Position numbers and translations under genes: made by a program
In this document: positions 19,855 through 29,620 of the stretch, piece after piece
Position numbering within the stretch: position 1 is the stretch's first letter
Layout: each line of letters begins with the position of its first letter
Source of the DNA: a virus
IMG/VR virus record: IMGVR_UViG_3300024518_004461
Coordinates: 32,001-96,000 of that record
Direction: 5' to 3' (one strand)
DNA length: 64,000 nt
Notes under the pieces: generated by a model
Told to the model about the DNA's origin: nothing
Database searches by the model: none
The model's input: only the letters and a program-made list of their open reading frames with translations

Positions 19855-21912
19855 TTATACTCCTCCACTTCTTATTTGTGCTAAATTAGCTCTCTTTGTT
19901 GGTTCGTGTTGCCAATGCCAATGTTCTATTTTAATTTGACGAAATCCATATTTTCCGCCATTCTTGTTTAGCCATTCCCACACATCCCCCTGGCCTGTAC
20001 TTACTTTTGTTCTGCGGCGAATTGCTTTATCGTTTGGAATACCTTTTGTATTTAAATCAAGAGCCACACCACTTTGATGGTTTGAGAAACCTGGCTTTGC
20101 CGCCTTGTTTCCTGTCCCATTTAAGTATTTACAATAAAAATATTCCTGTTCTTCTGGAAGGCGGAAGGCACTATTGATTTTAATATTCACTCCCACCCGT
20201 TTTGCATCAGACTGCATTCGTAAAAATGCTTGCGCTACTCGCGCATCCAAAATATGCTTTCCAATATATTGTGCTTCGAAGTTGTATTCCTTTCCTCTTA
20301 TTATTCCTTTTTGAGTCCAGGTGCCACTCGATGTTGGAGTTGGTCGCGAAGGTCTTACACACAAGCCATCTGATTGACCCGGAACATTCGAAGGAATAGA
20401 ACTGTCCGAACAAATCGTATCGCCGGTAGTAGAAGACGCATTTGTAATAGTATCTGGAGACGATGTGGGACCAGCAGATGTGTTTGAAAACCTTTCATAT
20501 GCCTTTTTTAATTTGGGAGAATAAGAGCTAACTTGAGCACTGCCATTATAAATTCTAACAACCGCATCGAAATTTGGTGGAGAATAAGTAAATGCTTTGC
20601 GCTTCCTCGACGACCTGAAAGCATCTTTGAACCACTGAACAATCATAAGATCACCAGAAGTAATAGGATCGGCATCATATCCCGCAAGAGCTTCTGAAGG
20701 ATTGTCTCCGTAAGCTCGAAGGAGTGCCCATCCCATTACCTGATAACTTCCCCATGAAGTTGATTTTATCGCTTGAACTGGATCTAGGTTGTATGCCCGA
20801 TCAAACGCGGCACGATTCGTATGAGATTTTTTCTTATCAATAAAAAAATCCCTCCCACTTGATCCTTTTTTTTTATTCTTTGGGTGCGATGCCCATTCTT
20901 CTTTAGAACGAGTATTGTATTTAGAGCTATAGGGCACTTTTTTGCTTCCGGTATAGTTAGGTCCGCCATATAAACTAGGCTTAGACCCCTTATCACCCGT
21001 TACAATGGCGGGGCCACGCATACCCAAAAAAACATGAGGTTCAAATCTAACCGTATTTTTTGTGGGAGTTCTACCTGAACTTTCAACTTCCATAAATGCG
21101 TATAATAGTGAAACTGGAACCCCAATGCCGGTTTCTGATTTTATCAAAGAAGCTACATTTTGTGCGCGGGCTAATTTAGAATCACCAGCGGAAGATGGTG
21201 ATAATCGTCCGCCTGGTGAAGCGGCAGAGAGGTAGCCACCGGATGAAGCTTCACATCCTCTTATAAACGGTGCGTTAGTTGGTGGCGTAGTAGAGCTTCC
21301 GTTGCCGCGAAGTCCATTAGAGGCACCAAACGCACTTGAACCGTCATTACTCTGGTCTGGATCATAAATGCCATTTTTAGTTGGATTAGTTGTTCCCGCA
21401 GTTCCAGCACCATCGGCAAACTTCTTGATGTATACAGGTTGTGTTAAGTTGTTTTTATCCGCAAAATCTACAATCACAATATCTCCTACAGAAATATTTT
21501 CCTTACTTGCGGCTTCATCGTTGGCAGTAAAAGTCGGATACAGATCAATGATGCCTTGGTGTGGACCCTTCGGCACATCCCCATATAAAGCAGGTTCGGG
21601 GAGGGCTGAATGAATTTCTGGTATCCTGACTTTAAGTTGCTTGAGTGGCTTCGTAATCATCCCCTTCAGGGAAGACCAAATACTGTTGGCAGAATTATCA
21701 TGCCCTGGTTCAACTCTCAAAACAATTCCCTTAAGTTGTCCAACATTTTCAAATACTTTATTATTATACTGATCTTTGAGAACGTTGCGTAATGCGCCCA
21801 TGACTGTGGTGTCAGTAGGATCGTATGTTATTGCCGTATTTGGTTTTTCTATTTGATTTAGATCACCGAATCCCGGTCGAAGGCGTGTGTTCTTTGGTTT
21901 AGGGTCCGCCAC
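19855..21912 (-). CDS. Tail-associated peptidoglycan hydrolase: OB-fold-like N-terminus + N-acetylmuramidase (DUF3380-like) + M15B/VanY peptidase
   Basis: EVESSG...FEPHVF...STSWGSYQVMG (muramidase); INSAFR...SNHQSGVALDL...EHWHW (M15 Zn peptidase); LKVRIPEIH/VGDIVIVDF gp5-like N-terminus. Confidence 0.8.
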   Translation of the reverse strand: MADPKPKNTRLRPGFGDLNQIEKPNTAITYDPTDTTVMGALRNVLKDQYNNKVFENVGQLKGIVLRVEPGHDNSANSIWSSLKGMITKPLKQLKVRIPEIHSALPEPALYGDVPKGPHQGIIDLYPTFTANDEAASKENISVGDIVIVDFADKNNLTQPVYIKKFADGAGTAGTTNPTKNGIYDPDQSNDGSSAFGASNGLRGNGSSTTPPTNAPFIRGCEASSGGYLSAASPGGRLSPSSAGDSKLARAQNVASLIKSETGIGVPVSLLYAFMEVESSGRTPTKNTVRFEPHVFLGMRGPAIVTGDKGSKPSLYGGPNYTGSKKVPYSSKYNTRSKEEWASHPKNKKKGSSGRDFFIDKKKSHTNRAAFDRAYNLDPVQAIKSTSWGSYQVMGWALLRAYGDNPSEALAGYDADPITSGDLMIVQWFKDAFRSSRKRKAFTYSPPNFDAVVRIYNGSAQVSSYSPKLKKAYERFSNTSAGPTSSPDTITNASSTTGDTICSDSSIPSNVPGQSDGLCVRPSRPTPTSSGTWTQKGIIRGKEYNFEAQYIGKHILDARVAQAFLRMQSDAKRVGVNIKINSAFRLPEEQEYFYCKYLNGTGNKAAKPGFSNHQSGVALDLNTKGIPNDKAIRRRTKVSTGQGDVWEWLNKNGGKYGFRQIKIEHWHWQHEPTKRANLAQIRSGGV

Positions 21913-21914
21913 AT

Positions 21915-22220
21915 TTATTCACCTAGATTGTTGAGTTCGTTAAAAATTTCATCGCGTTCTTCAGAAGACAAGCCCGTATCGTCCTTTTCACTTTTTTGTT
22001 TTAGTCCAGCAATTTTAACCAATTGCTCGTTTGAGCGTTGTAAAGTTTCAACATACTTCGCTGCGGTTACACCAACATCACGATGACGATCTTCGGAAGC
22101 AGCAATATATTTTACCAAGTCTTTTAAGAGTTCTTTTGTTTGTTCTCTGTCTTCTCTGATATTGTCAATCGCTTCGCTAGTAAGTGTATCAAAATCTGTT
22201 TTTGTCTTTACTCGTTCCAT
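21915..22220 (-). CDS. Hypothetical helical protein
   Basis: 101 aa, tightly packed in the operon. Confidence 0.6.
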   Translation of the reverse strand: MERVKTKTDFDTLTSEAIDNIREDREQTKELLKDLVKYIAASEDRHRDVGVTAAKYVETLQRSNEQLVKIAGLKQKSEKDDTGLSSEERDEIFNELNNLGE

Positions 22221-22891
22221 CTTTTTTTAAAATTAGAATAATCACTTCTAAAGCGCTGAAGGCTATTGAGAACCTGCTTCGTGTTTAGATTTGTGATTTC
22301 TCTAATGTATAAATAAATAGCCTTCTTATTGAAAATTTCAATCACATCTGGTTCAGCGAGCAAGATCTTAATTGCTTTCAAAACCTTGACTTCGTTTTCT
22401 TTCAGATTTTGTTTTTCCCACCTATAGATCTCTTTCCATAGATGTTCCATATATTCTCTCCATTCCCTGACCTCATCGTAATCATTATATACAGCTAGGT
22501 GCCTGGACTCTGCATTTTTGGATATATCTTCATATGCTGATTCTCTACGAAGTTGGATCGCTGTTTTTTTGACTTTGGCAATAAACCAGTTCTTTGTTAT
22601 AACACTGAAATAGGAAAACGCTTTAGATCCTTTAGTGGCATCAAAATTACTCAATATGGTTATAAGATGGATTTCACACTCATCTTTCAGCATGGATACA
22701 TTAGGTAGGTTGGTAAACTTATATGTAAAAACAATTTTGTTTATCATTTCTAGAAAAACAGGTCGAATCACATCACGATAAACAGTATTCCGATATTTCA
22801 TATTATCTGAAGCGATATAGTCCAAAATTGCCTTCTCATGAACAATGGTAAAATATTTTTTACTTTTACGCTTCGAGTTCTTCTTCGTCAC
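22208..22891 (-). CDS. Phage sigma factor (late transcription, gp55/sigma70 region 2-like)
   Basis: NFDATKGSKAFSYFSVITKNWF resembles sigma region 2.3-2.4. Confidence 0.7.
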   Translation of the reverse strand: MTKKNSKRKSKKYFTIVHEKAILDYIASDNMKYRNTVYRDVIRPVFLEMINKIVFTYKFTNLPNVSMLKDECEIHLITILSNFDATKGSKAFSYFSVITKNWFIAKVKKTAIQLRRESAYEDISKNAESRHLAVYNDYDEVREWREYMEHLWKEIYRWEKQNLKENEVKVLKAIKILLAEPDVIEIFNKKAIYLYIREITNLNTKQVLNSLQRFRSDYSNFKKRWNE

Positions 22892-23228
22892 TTTCCATAT
22901 CCTCCGATGCCTGAAGTAATTGTTGCTCTAGTTCTGGCTGTGTAAAGGAATAAATTTCTTCATACCCTTTGAGATATTCTATCATCTCGTTTGTGTGGTC
23001 GAGGAGGGACTTTAGTGTTTCATCACCATAAAAGGTCGGCATTTCATAAACAGAATTTAAGTGTTCTCTGAACGCATCCATCAAGCTAAAAATTTCAGTG
23101 CTTGCTTCGGCGGCATTATAAACCGTCTCGATCTTCACCAAGGTATTTTTAGCATAGCCAAACATAAAAATATTAATGAGAACAGAAATTCCCGCAAATA
23201 CCGAAAGAGAAATTATCACATAACTCAT
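22866..23228 (-). CDS. Membrane-anchored hypothetical protein
   Basis: N-terminal hydrophobic helix, acidic tail. Confidence 0.6.
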   Translation of the reverse strand: MSYVIISLSVFAGISVLINIFMFGYAKNTLVKIETVYNAAEASTEIFSLMDAFREHLNSVYEMPTFYGDETLKSLLDHTNEMIEYLKGYEEIYSFTQPELEQQLLQASEDMESDEEELEA

Positions 23229-23491
23229 TTTTTATACCTCCTGGTTTTCAAGTCAGATTGATCCTGCTTCAGTTCTTCTTTCGCTTCAGCGATGGCACTC
23301 TCAACAACGCTTCCAGCTTTAGAATCTCCACGAATTTTAGAATCTTTTTGGGCTATAAAGATCTCGCTTGGTATGCGGGCGATATAACCATCTTCTCCAC
23401 AATTTTTACAAATTGTATAAGTTTCATGCAAGGAGTGGAAAATCTCAAAATGTGAATCGCACTCGCTACAATTATAAGAATACCTAGGCAA
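23225..23491 (-). CDS. FmdB-family zinc-ribbon protein
   Basis: MPRYSYNCSEC...CKNCG. Confidence 0.8.
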   Translation of the reverse strand: MPRYSYNCSECDSHFEIFHSLHETYTICKNCGEDGYIARIPSEIFIAQKDSKIRGDSKAGSVVESAIAEAKEELKQDQSDLKTRRYKK

Positions 23492-23675
23492 CTGTTTCCT
23501 GTTCTGGTTCTTTCACTTCTAGTATGGGTGGATTCTCTACAATCAGTCCATCGGCTGTACTTACCAAAACAAATTCTTTTAACATACCTGTTATGTCCGT
23601 CTGTTCCATTAAGCCTTTTTGCAAAGCCATCATTAGGGCCCCGATTGCTTGATTAGATAATTTATAGTTTGTCAT
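23484..23675 (-). CDS. Small hypothetical protein
   Basis: 63 aa with AAGGAG RBS; overlaps the next start. Confidence 0.65.
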   Translation of the reverse strand: MTNYKLSNQAIGALMMALQKGLMEQTDITGMLKEFVLVSTADGLIVENPPILEVKEPEQETVA

Positions 23676-23684
23676 GTATTCTCC

Positions 23685-24695
23685 TTATGTTTCATTAACA
23701 TATAATAGATTCTTGATTCTTTCTGGTTCCCAAAAACCTTTATACCATAGTTTATCACTTAACTGATCTTTTTTTAAATCTTCTTTCATTGTGTTAAGAA
23801 TGAGATTTTCATAATGGTATAAATATAATTCTTTGCCGTAGTACATCACACGTCGATCTTGTTCGTTTGCTCTTAGGCACAAATCAACATCCTGATATGA
23901 GGCTTTAAGAGATGGGCAAAAGCCCCCGGTTTTTATATACCATTCTGCATCTATAATCAAGAAGGCACCCGTTATAAACAACTCGCCTTTGTTGCAATTT
24001 ACTTTTGGATCATCCTTGGGATAGCCGCGAAACATGTGTAAGGCAAATAACCCAACCTCGTTTGGTCTTGGTCCAAACATAGAACCGGCATATTGAACCT
24101 TGTCTGCTCTATCGGGCTTGTGATATAAAAAATCTTTGGTAGGATAAAGGAGCTTGGTTCCTGTGATTGTATTTTTGTTTTCAGTGTGCTTCTTATAAAG
24201 TATTGGCAACATCTCTGGATTATTTGTCCATAGATCTGAACTCCACAAAATAATATCTTTTAGGTTTGGTGATTTCGTTTTCAGGGCGTGAGTTGCGAGA
24301 TTGTGCAGCATTGAAAAATTAAATTGATTTGCGGTGTTATCTACCCGCATATATGAACAGTCGCTTTCAAGAGCAATCGCCTTAATGTGTTCTGTCTCTG
24401 AACGATCATCAATTATTAATACGTTTGCAAAATCAAAAATCTTGTTCTGCTTCATATTATTCAAAGTAAATTGCAAAAGTTCTGCATTGTCCTTTATGCA
24501 AAGAAGTATATGTGGTTTTTTATAATCGGTAGTTTCGGCTTCAATAAATTGGCACTTATATTCATTAGAAGTCGTCTTTAGATTATACGAATTAGAATAG
24601 AAGCTTTTTACCACGTCATCTTCTGATTGTGTTACGGTGAATTTGGATGGATTAATTTTCTTTTTAAAATTGTATACGTGTGTGTGATTATTCAT
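23685..24695 (-). CDS. Glycosyltransferase family 2
   Basis: LIIDDRS, FNFSMLHN, ITGAFLII, YQDVDLCLR, LYHYE; start refined to ATG 24695. Confidence 0.85.
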   Translation of the reverse strand: MNNHTHVYNFKKKINPSKFTVTQSEDDVVKSFYSNSYNLKTTSNEYKCQFIEAETTDYKKPHILLCIKDNAELLQFTLNNMKQNKIFDFANVLIIDDRSETEHIKAIALESDCSYMRVDNTANQFNFSMLHNLATHALKTKSPNLKDIILWSSDLWTNNPEMLPILYKKHTENKNTITGTKLLYPTKDFLYHKPDRADKVQYAGSMFGPRPNEVGLFALHMFRGYPKDDPKVNCNKGELFITGAFLIIDAEWYIKTGGFCPSLKASYQDVDLCLRANEQDRRVMYYGKELYLYHYENLILNTMKEDLKKDQLSDKLWYKGFWEPERIKNLLYVNET

Positions 24696-24697
24696 TT

Positions 24698-25450
24698 TTA
24701 TAACACCATATATTTCCACTTATTTTTAGGATTAGGGATGGAGTCTTGACCAATATTATCCCATTCTCCACGAAGGAGTTTGTTCTTTATTAAAGGATAT
24801 CCATCATTGATTAATTCCTCCCAGTATGTTACATGCATATTTAGAAATTTATTTTTCATGGGTTTCCAGTTTTTTATAGAATAACGAGCGCCAACTTTGA
24901 GATTATACTGTTGCATAAAATATGTAAGACCATATTCGCAATTTACAATTATTTTACTTCTCAATTCCACATTTGATTCTTTCATAAATTTTTTTTCAAA
25001 TTCTATCTTATTGAAGAACGCAGGTAAAAGAGATAGTGCGCGTTTCTCAAAAACCAAGAAATGACTTTGAACATGATAGGAATGTATATCTTTGACCTGT
25101 GGATGTCTTTGTTGCGAATCGGTCAATCCCCATATATCTAATTTTGATTTATTTCCCCAGTTAAATATTTTATCAAATTTTCCAACAAGTGAGTTGCTAT
25201 CGTTCACAAGGGCAATTCTATTATATTGATTTAGATCAATACTTTTCAAAACCTTATAAAATTGCCCGAAATCATATCCCTCATTTTTATATGATCTAAA
25301 TGTATAGGGGAGGTCTATATATCCCCGATAGTTCGTGGTTACTATTGTCTCAGAGAAATATTGACTTATTTCTTTAAGATATGATTCAGTGGACAAAGGT
25401 ATGAACCCTTGGGCATAAAGAGGAAATATTAATAGGGTCTTGTTTTTCAT
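24698..25450 (-). CDS. Rhamnan synthesis protein F (RgpF)-like glycosyltransferase
   Basis: NEGYDFG, LVNDS, WGLTDS, HVQSHFLVF, EYGLT, YPLIK. Confidence 0.75.
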   Translation of the reverse strand: MKNKTLLIFPLYAQGFIPLSTESYLKEISQYFSETIVTTNYRGYIDLPYTFRSYKNEGYDFGQFYKVLKSIDLNQYNRIALVNDSNSLVGKFDKIFNWGNKSKLDIWGLTDSQQRHPQVKDIHSYHVQSHFLVFEKRALSLLPAFFNKIEFEKKFMKESNVELRSKIIVNCEYGLTYFMQQYNLKVGARYSIKNWKPMKNKFLNMHVTYWEELINDGYPLIKNKLLRGEWDNIGQDSIPNPKNKWKYMVL

Positions 25451-26247
25451 CACGGCTCTATCATCCACGGAGTATATCCGAGGCTCTTTACCACCGAATC
25501 AAACATTCTCTCAAAGGCGTGAGATCTCAATCCGTCATTGTTCGCCCCTACTTCAAAATCATGTATAGTAATGTCCTGTTCCATTAAGAAATCCCAAACA
25601 TCCCCTTTCATCCAAAACATAGTACCTGCTAAAAAATATTTGTTATGTGGATAACATACCACGTCGGGGAGATTCATTTTTTTTTTAAAGAATAGGTAAT
25701 TTCTCATATTCTTGTTTTCATTAAAATCATGCCGACCATAAAACGTCTTGCATGATATCATCCCCACTGAAGGATATGTTTGGAAGGTCTTCAATATATT
25801 GGTGACTTTTCTTTTTGAGCCAAGTAAACTTGAAAAAAGCTTCATTCTCCACTCTGTTTTTGTAAGATTACGAGAACGTATGGTTCGTCCACGAACACTA
25901 ACTATACTTGTCTTAAAAGAGGATAACTCCTCTGAGTCAGCCTTAGTGTGAATTTTACAAATTAAATCATAAGATAACTTCTTTTCCCGTGCGACTGCTG
26001 TCGAAGCAAAAAACCCTCCTAAATCTTGACCCCGATTATTGGACGTTGTAAAATAACACTCTCCTGGTATTGCTTTTTTGAGATCTTTTTTTATCTTATC
26101 GATCATTTTTTTTTGTGAATGAGAGATATGACTGAAATTTAAAAACAGATCAAAATTTCCAGGCACATTTTGAACATAATCAAAAATCTCCCCCAACACG
26201 TTCAAGTGATGGGCATGTATAATTATTGCAATTTTAGGACTTCGCAT
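25450..26247 (-). CDS. Rhamnan synthesis protein F (RgpF)-like glycosyltransferase
   Basis: IIIHAHH, NRGQDLGGF, KIHTK, FLAGTMFW, HAFERM. Confidence 0.8.
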   Translation of the reverse strand: MRSPKIAIIIHAHHLNVLGEIFDYVQNVPGNFDLFLNFSHISHSQKKMIDKIKKDLKKAIPGECYFTTSNNRGQDLGGFFASTAVAREKKLSYDLICKIHTKADSEELSSFKTSIVSVRGRTIRSRNLTKTEWRMKLFSSLLGSKRKVTNILKTFQTYPSVGMISCKTFYGRHDFNENKNMRNYLFFKKKMNLPDVVCYPHNKYFLAGTMFWMKGDVWDFLMEQDITIHDFEVGANNDGLRSHAFERMFDSVVKSLGYTPWMIEP

Positions 26248-26644
26248 CCTGAAGAAATTGTACCACCTTTTGATGAATTTTTGAATCAACATTTTCTTTC
26301 CACGAGTTATCCTCGTTATTTATTTGATTACGGATTTGCGTGGCTGAAATAAAACCAATATCTTTAGGTGGTACGTGCTCAACAATTCCATATCCAACTC
26401 CACGGCCATAATTAACAGATTCAATATCTGGTATTGATAATACCACAACATCATCATCAACATACGCAGTCTCTAACATGTCGATAGTTTGCTCAGTTGT
26501 GAATGGATTTTTTTCATCAGGAGGAATATCTCTTACACAAATAAGAACTGGCACTCCTTGATTTAGTTTTTGACCAATAAGCCATTTGTGACCATTGTGT
26601 AAAGGTTGCCATCGACCTACAAACATCGCTCTTTTATTATTCAT
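26234..26644 (-). CDS. Small HIGH-superfamily nucleotidyltransferase (cytidylyltransferase-like)
   Basis: GRWQPLHNGH and ISATQIR motifs. Confidence 0.8.
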   Translation of the reverse strand: MNNKRAMFVGRWQPLHNGHKWLIGQKLNQGVPVLICVRDIPPDEKNPFTTEQTIDMLETAYVDDDVVVLSIPDIESVNYGRGVGYGIVEHVPPKDIGFISATQIRNQINNEDNSWKENVDSKIHQKVVQFLQDAKS

Positions 26645-27009
26645 TTGTTTTCTCCTTGTTCAATGAATTCAATTGTTTTGTGCCATGCGTTCGGATCTGT
26701 TTTGTCAAATCTAATAGCATGATCATCAATATAATATTTGGCCGGGTGTTTTATATTTGTAACATCATCAAAGAAATGAGATAAATTATATTTCTCTAGC
26801 CAATTCCTAATAGGTTCAACTGGTCGGCTTGATACAATAATTAAGCGATAGCCATAACCCTTAAGTTTTTGTAAAGATGGAATAGCTCCTGGCATTGGCG
26901 GATCATAGGCATTATCTAATCCCTGGAAACCTTTGGAGTATCGATGAATAACTCCGTCAAAATCAATAGCAATTGTGGCTTCTTTAAATTCTGTTTTAAT
27001 TTCTTTCAT
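26641..27009 (-). CDS. HAD-superfamily phosphatase
   Basis: IAIDFDGVIH, VSSR, K..., YIDDHA. Confidence 0.85.
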   Translation of the reverse strand: MKEIKTEFKEATIAIDFDGVIHRYSKGFQGLDNAYDPPMPGAIPSLQKLKGYGYRLIIVSSRPVEPIRNWLEKYNLSHFFDDVTNIKHPAKYYIDDHAIRFDKTDPNAWHKTIEFIEQGENK

Positions 27010-27719
27010 TATGTATTAGACGTAATAAAGGCTTCTAATTTTACAGCACTTTTTTCAAGGTCATCAGTAGAAGTGTCAACAACTAATGCCGCATCGGTTG
27101 GTTCTTCGAATGGATCTGAGATGCCTGTAAAGTTTTTGATTTCACCCGACAAAGCTTTGGCATACAATCCTTTAACATCACGATCAATACATTTTTCTAC
27201 GGGACACTTTATAAAAACTGTTTTAGCAGCACAAGTGTCTTCAAGTTCTTTTCTTACACTATCATAAGGATTGATAGCTGACATAATTGTGATGACATTG
27301 TTCCGAGAAAGAACTTTCCCAACAAACCCTAATCGTCGAATATTAGTATTGCGATCTTCTTTTGAGAAGCCTAGGTCATTACACAATCCTTCTCGATATT
27401 CATCACCATCAATAATTTCAACCTTATAGCCCTTTGCAGCTAGTCTTTTTTCCACCGCACGAGCCAGTGTTGTTTTACCGGCACCTGAAAGTCCAGTCAT
27501 TTGTATAAACATACCTTTTGTTTTACCCCACTTAATAAAATTCCATAATCGCTCATGTATAAAGAACACAAGCACTTGAACACTATGATAACATAAAGTG
27601 ATTAAAGTTGTAAATTTTATATTTCCTGTAGCGAGATATGTAACAGTTGTTAACAGGACTATAGCAAATGTACGCCAAGTAATCGCCTTCCATAAGCTTC
27701 GTTGTTTGGAATCAATCAT
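27009..27719 (-). CDS. cysC: Adenylyl-sulfate (APS) kinase with N-terminal DUF2061-like membrane domain
   Basis: TGLSGAGKTT, IDGDEYR, LGFSKEDRNTNIRR, RDVKGLY, FTGISDPFEEP; N-terminal RSLWKAITWR...HERLW..IKWG. Confidence 0.92.
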   Translation of the reverse strand: MIDSKQRSLWKAITWRTFAIVLLTTVTYLATGNIKFTTLITLCYHSVQVLVFFIHERLWNFIKWGKTKGMFIQMTGLSGAGKTTLARAVEKRLAAKGYKVEIIDGDEYREGLCNDLGFSKEDRNTNIRRLGFVGKVLSRNNVITIMSAINPYDSVRKELEDTCAAKTVFIKCPVEKCIDRDVKGLYAKALSGEIKNFTGISDPFEEPTDAALVVDTSTDDLEKSAVKLEAFITSNT

Positions 27720-27725
27720 TCTTTT

Positions 27726-28493
27726 CTAATCCGAATCACCCATCTGATCTTGAATCTTTATCAGGTATTTATAAACTTTAGGATAATTTCTTATATCTTC
27801 ACAATCTTCCGTGTTCCACACCCAGTCGTTTTGGGTAAAAATTTTATAATGTATTCCAAGCCCCTTCGGTAGTCCCTGATCCCATGCTTTTTGCCGCCGT
27901 TCAAAAACCGCAACTCGATTTTCTTTTCCCTTAGAAGGCCCATAATTAAACTTAGCGCCGTTAACCTTAAATGATTTTTCTCTGCTCCTTCTTATTCTTT
28001 CAGGGCGGAAATTCATATCACGGCAATATTTCGAAATCATAATTTGAGTTTTTGTGGTGCCTCCTCTAAGATAAAAGTAACTATTAAAAGGATCGAAGGG
28101 ATCGGATAGCTCAAAAGAAGATTCACCAGTATTATAAAAGGTGATGAGTGGGCACGAAATACAATTATATCCGTTTCTGTCAGCTTGTTTTATGGTTTCC
28201 CCAATGCCTTCGTCAAAAGATATAAAATCGTCCGCATCGATGTATATTGCCCAATCTGGCTTTATTTTATGCAGAGTTTTCGTCATTTCTTTCACATTTT
28301 TACTAAGATGAAACGCGCCATCGGTATCAAACCTGTGAGAAGGAATATTGTTATCTTGAAGCCACTCCCAACTACCATCATCGGAAAAATTATCAATAAT
28401 ATAGGGTTCAATCCCATTTAATTTACACCATTTTATTTTCAGTGGTAAAAATCTTATTTCATTCCATATACACATAATCGCACTAACTTTCAT
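27726..28493 (-). CDS. Glycosyltransferase family 2-like
   Basis: WNE, IIDNFSDDGS, YIDADDF; AGGAG RBS before ATG 28493. Confidence 0.8.
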   Translation of the reverse strand: MKVSAIMCIWNEIRFLPLKIKWCKLNGIEPYIIDNFSDDGSWEWLQDNNIPSHRFDTDGAFHLSKNVKEMTKTLHKIKPDWAIYIDADDFISFDEGIGETIKQADRNGYNCISCPLITFYNTGESSFELSDPFDPFNSYFYLRGGTTKTQIMISKYCRDMNFRPERIRRSREKSFKVNGAKFNYGPSKGKENRVAVFERRQKAWDQGLPKGLGIHYKIFTQNDWVWNTEDCEDIRNYPKVYKYLIKIQDQMGDSD

Positions 28494-28522
28494 TTTTGTC
28501 TCTCCTAGAAATATTGCCAATC

Positions 28523-28533
28523 ATTATAGCACA
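28523..28533 (-). promoter_or_regulatory. Extended -10 promoter TGTGCTATAAT
   Basis: TGn-TATAAT in the intergenic gap upstream of ATG 28493. Confidence 0.5.
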
Positions 28534-28549
28534 CTCTTCCGCAAAAACT

Positions 28550-28601
28550 AAAAGCATTATATACTCAATCCCTTAAAAAGCATTATATACTCAATCCCTT
28601 A
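28550..28601. repeat. 26-bp perfect tandem duplication
   Basis: aaaagcattatatactcaatccctta x2. Confidence 0.95.
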
Positions 28602-29620
28602 AGATGTGATATAACTAAACAATGTTCACCGCCTCCACAATATAACATATACACATTACCACTTTCAGTATAAATACAGGGATCGCGAAGTTCATGGACT
28701 TTTTTGAGTATGCCCCCCCGAATTGATTGTCGTCTTGGCTCAAAGCCTCCTTCATAATCCATTTCAGGATAAACCAAAGAAAATGTTTCGACTATCTTCC
28801 ACTCTTTCCCTTCAGAATTAAGCACAACCTTGCTACAAATAATGTGTTCAGGATTATCTCCCGCATTTGTGTAAAAAACATATAATAAATCATCAACCAC
28901 CAACACATCACAATGTCTAAACCGATTGTTAAATAATTTAACCACAAACTCATATACGTCAGACGTGGGATTATATTTTGCCACAATTCCAGGCATTGTA
29001 ATAATATAGTCTTCATCTTTCCATGCGAAGGTCCGCACATACCACGGTGCCACGATTTTGCCGCTTGATATAAAATTTATCCCATCCGTAGACGTTGCCA
29101 TAAAACTTTTTTGGTCTTGCATTCCCTTCGGGAGAGCCTTGTTTATCCATTCCGGTTCAGGAATATTTATTCGAGACTTTTGAGGAAATCCATGATAATA
29201 CATGCGTAACTGCTTATTTTTTTCATCCACATAAATATGTGGAGATGCTATATGATGATGACAAAATGAATTTTTCAAATACAAAGTGCCACGATTATAA
29301 ATTCTCCAAGGGCCATGTAATGAATCGGAATAGGCTAATCTAATAAATTTTCCGTAATGATCAGCAAAATAAATATAATATTTTCCTAATGGGTTGGAGA
29401 TCCAAGAAGGAACCTTGATCAAAGAAGGATGAGTGATGCTTCCAGACAAGCCCGCTTCTTTCAAATCTTGTTGAGAAATAATAGGATTGGAATCAAACCT
29501 ATGAACACTAAAATCATTGACATTTCTTATCATCGAATTGGCTCCAACGTCGTTGCTGTTAAATAATATATCCCATTTTCTCAACAATCTTACTTTTTTT
29601 AATTTCATTAAGTTGTTCAT
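28583..29620 (-). CDS. Five-bladed beta-propeller glycoside hydrolase-like protein (start probably 29533)
   Basis: NPII, HPSLIKVP, YYIYFADH.GKFIRLAYSD, HIASP, ELRDP.I motifs. Confidence 0.65.
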   Translation of the reverse strand: MNNLMKLKKVRLLRKWDILFNSNDVGANSMIRNVNDFSVHRFDSNPIISQQDLKEAGLSGSITHPSLIKVPSWISNPLGKYYIYFADHYGKFIRLAYSDSLHGPWRIYNRGTLYLKNSFCHHHIASPHIYVDEKNKQLRMYYHGFPQKSRINIPEPEWINKALPKGMQDQKSFMATSTDGINFISSGKIVAPWYVRTFAWKDEDYIITMPGIVAKYNPTSDVYEFVVKLFNNRFRHCDVLVVDDLLYVFYTNAGDNPEHIICSKVVLNSEGKEWKIVETFSLVYPEMDYEGGFEPRRQSIRGGILKKVHELRDPCIYTESGNVYMLYCGGGEHCLVISHLKGLSI

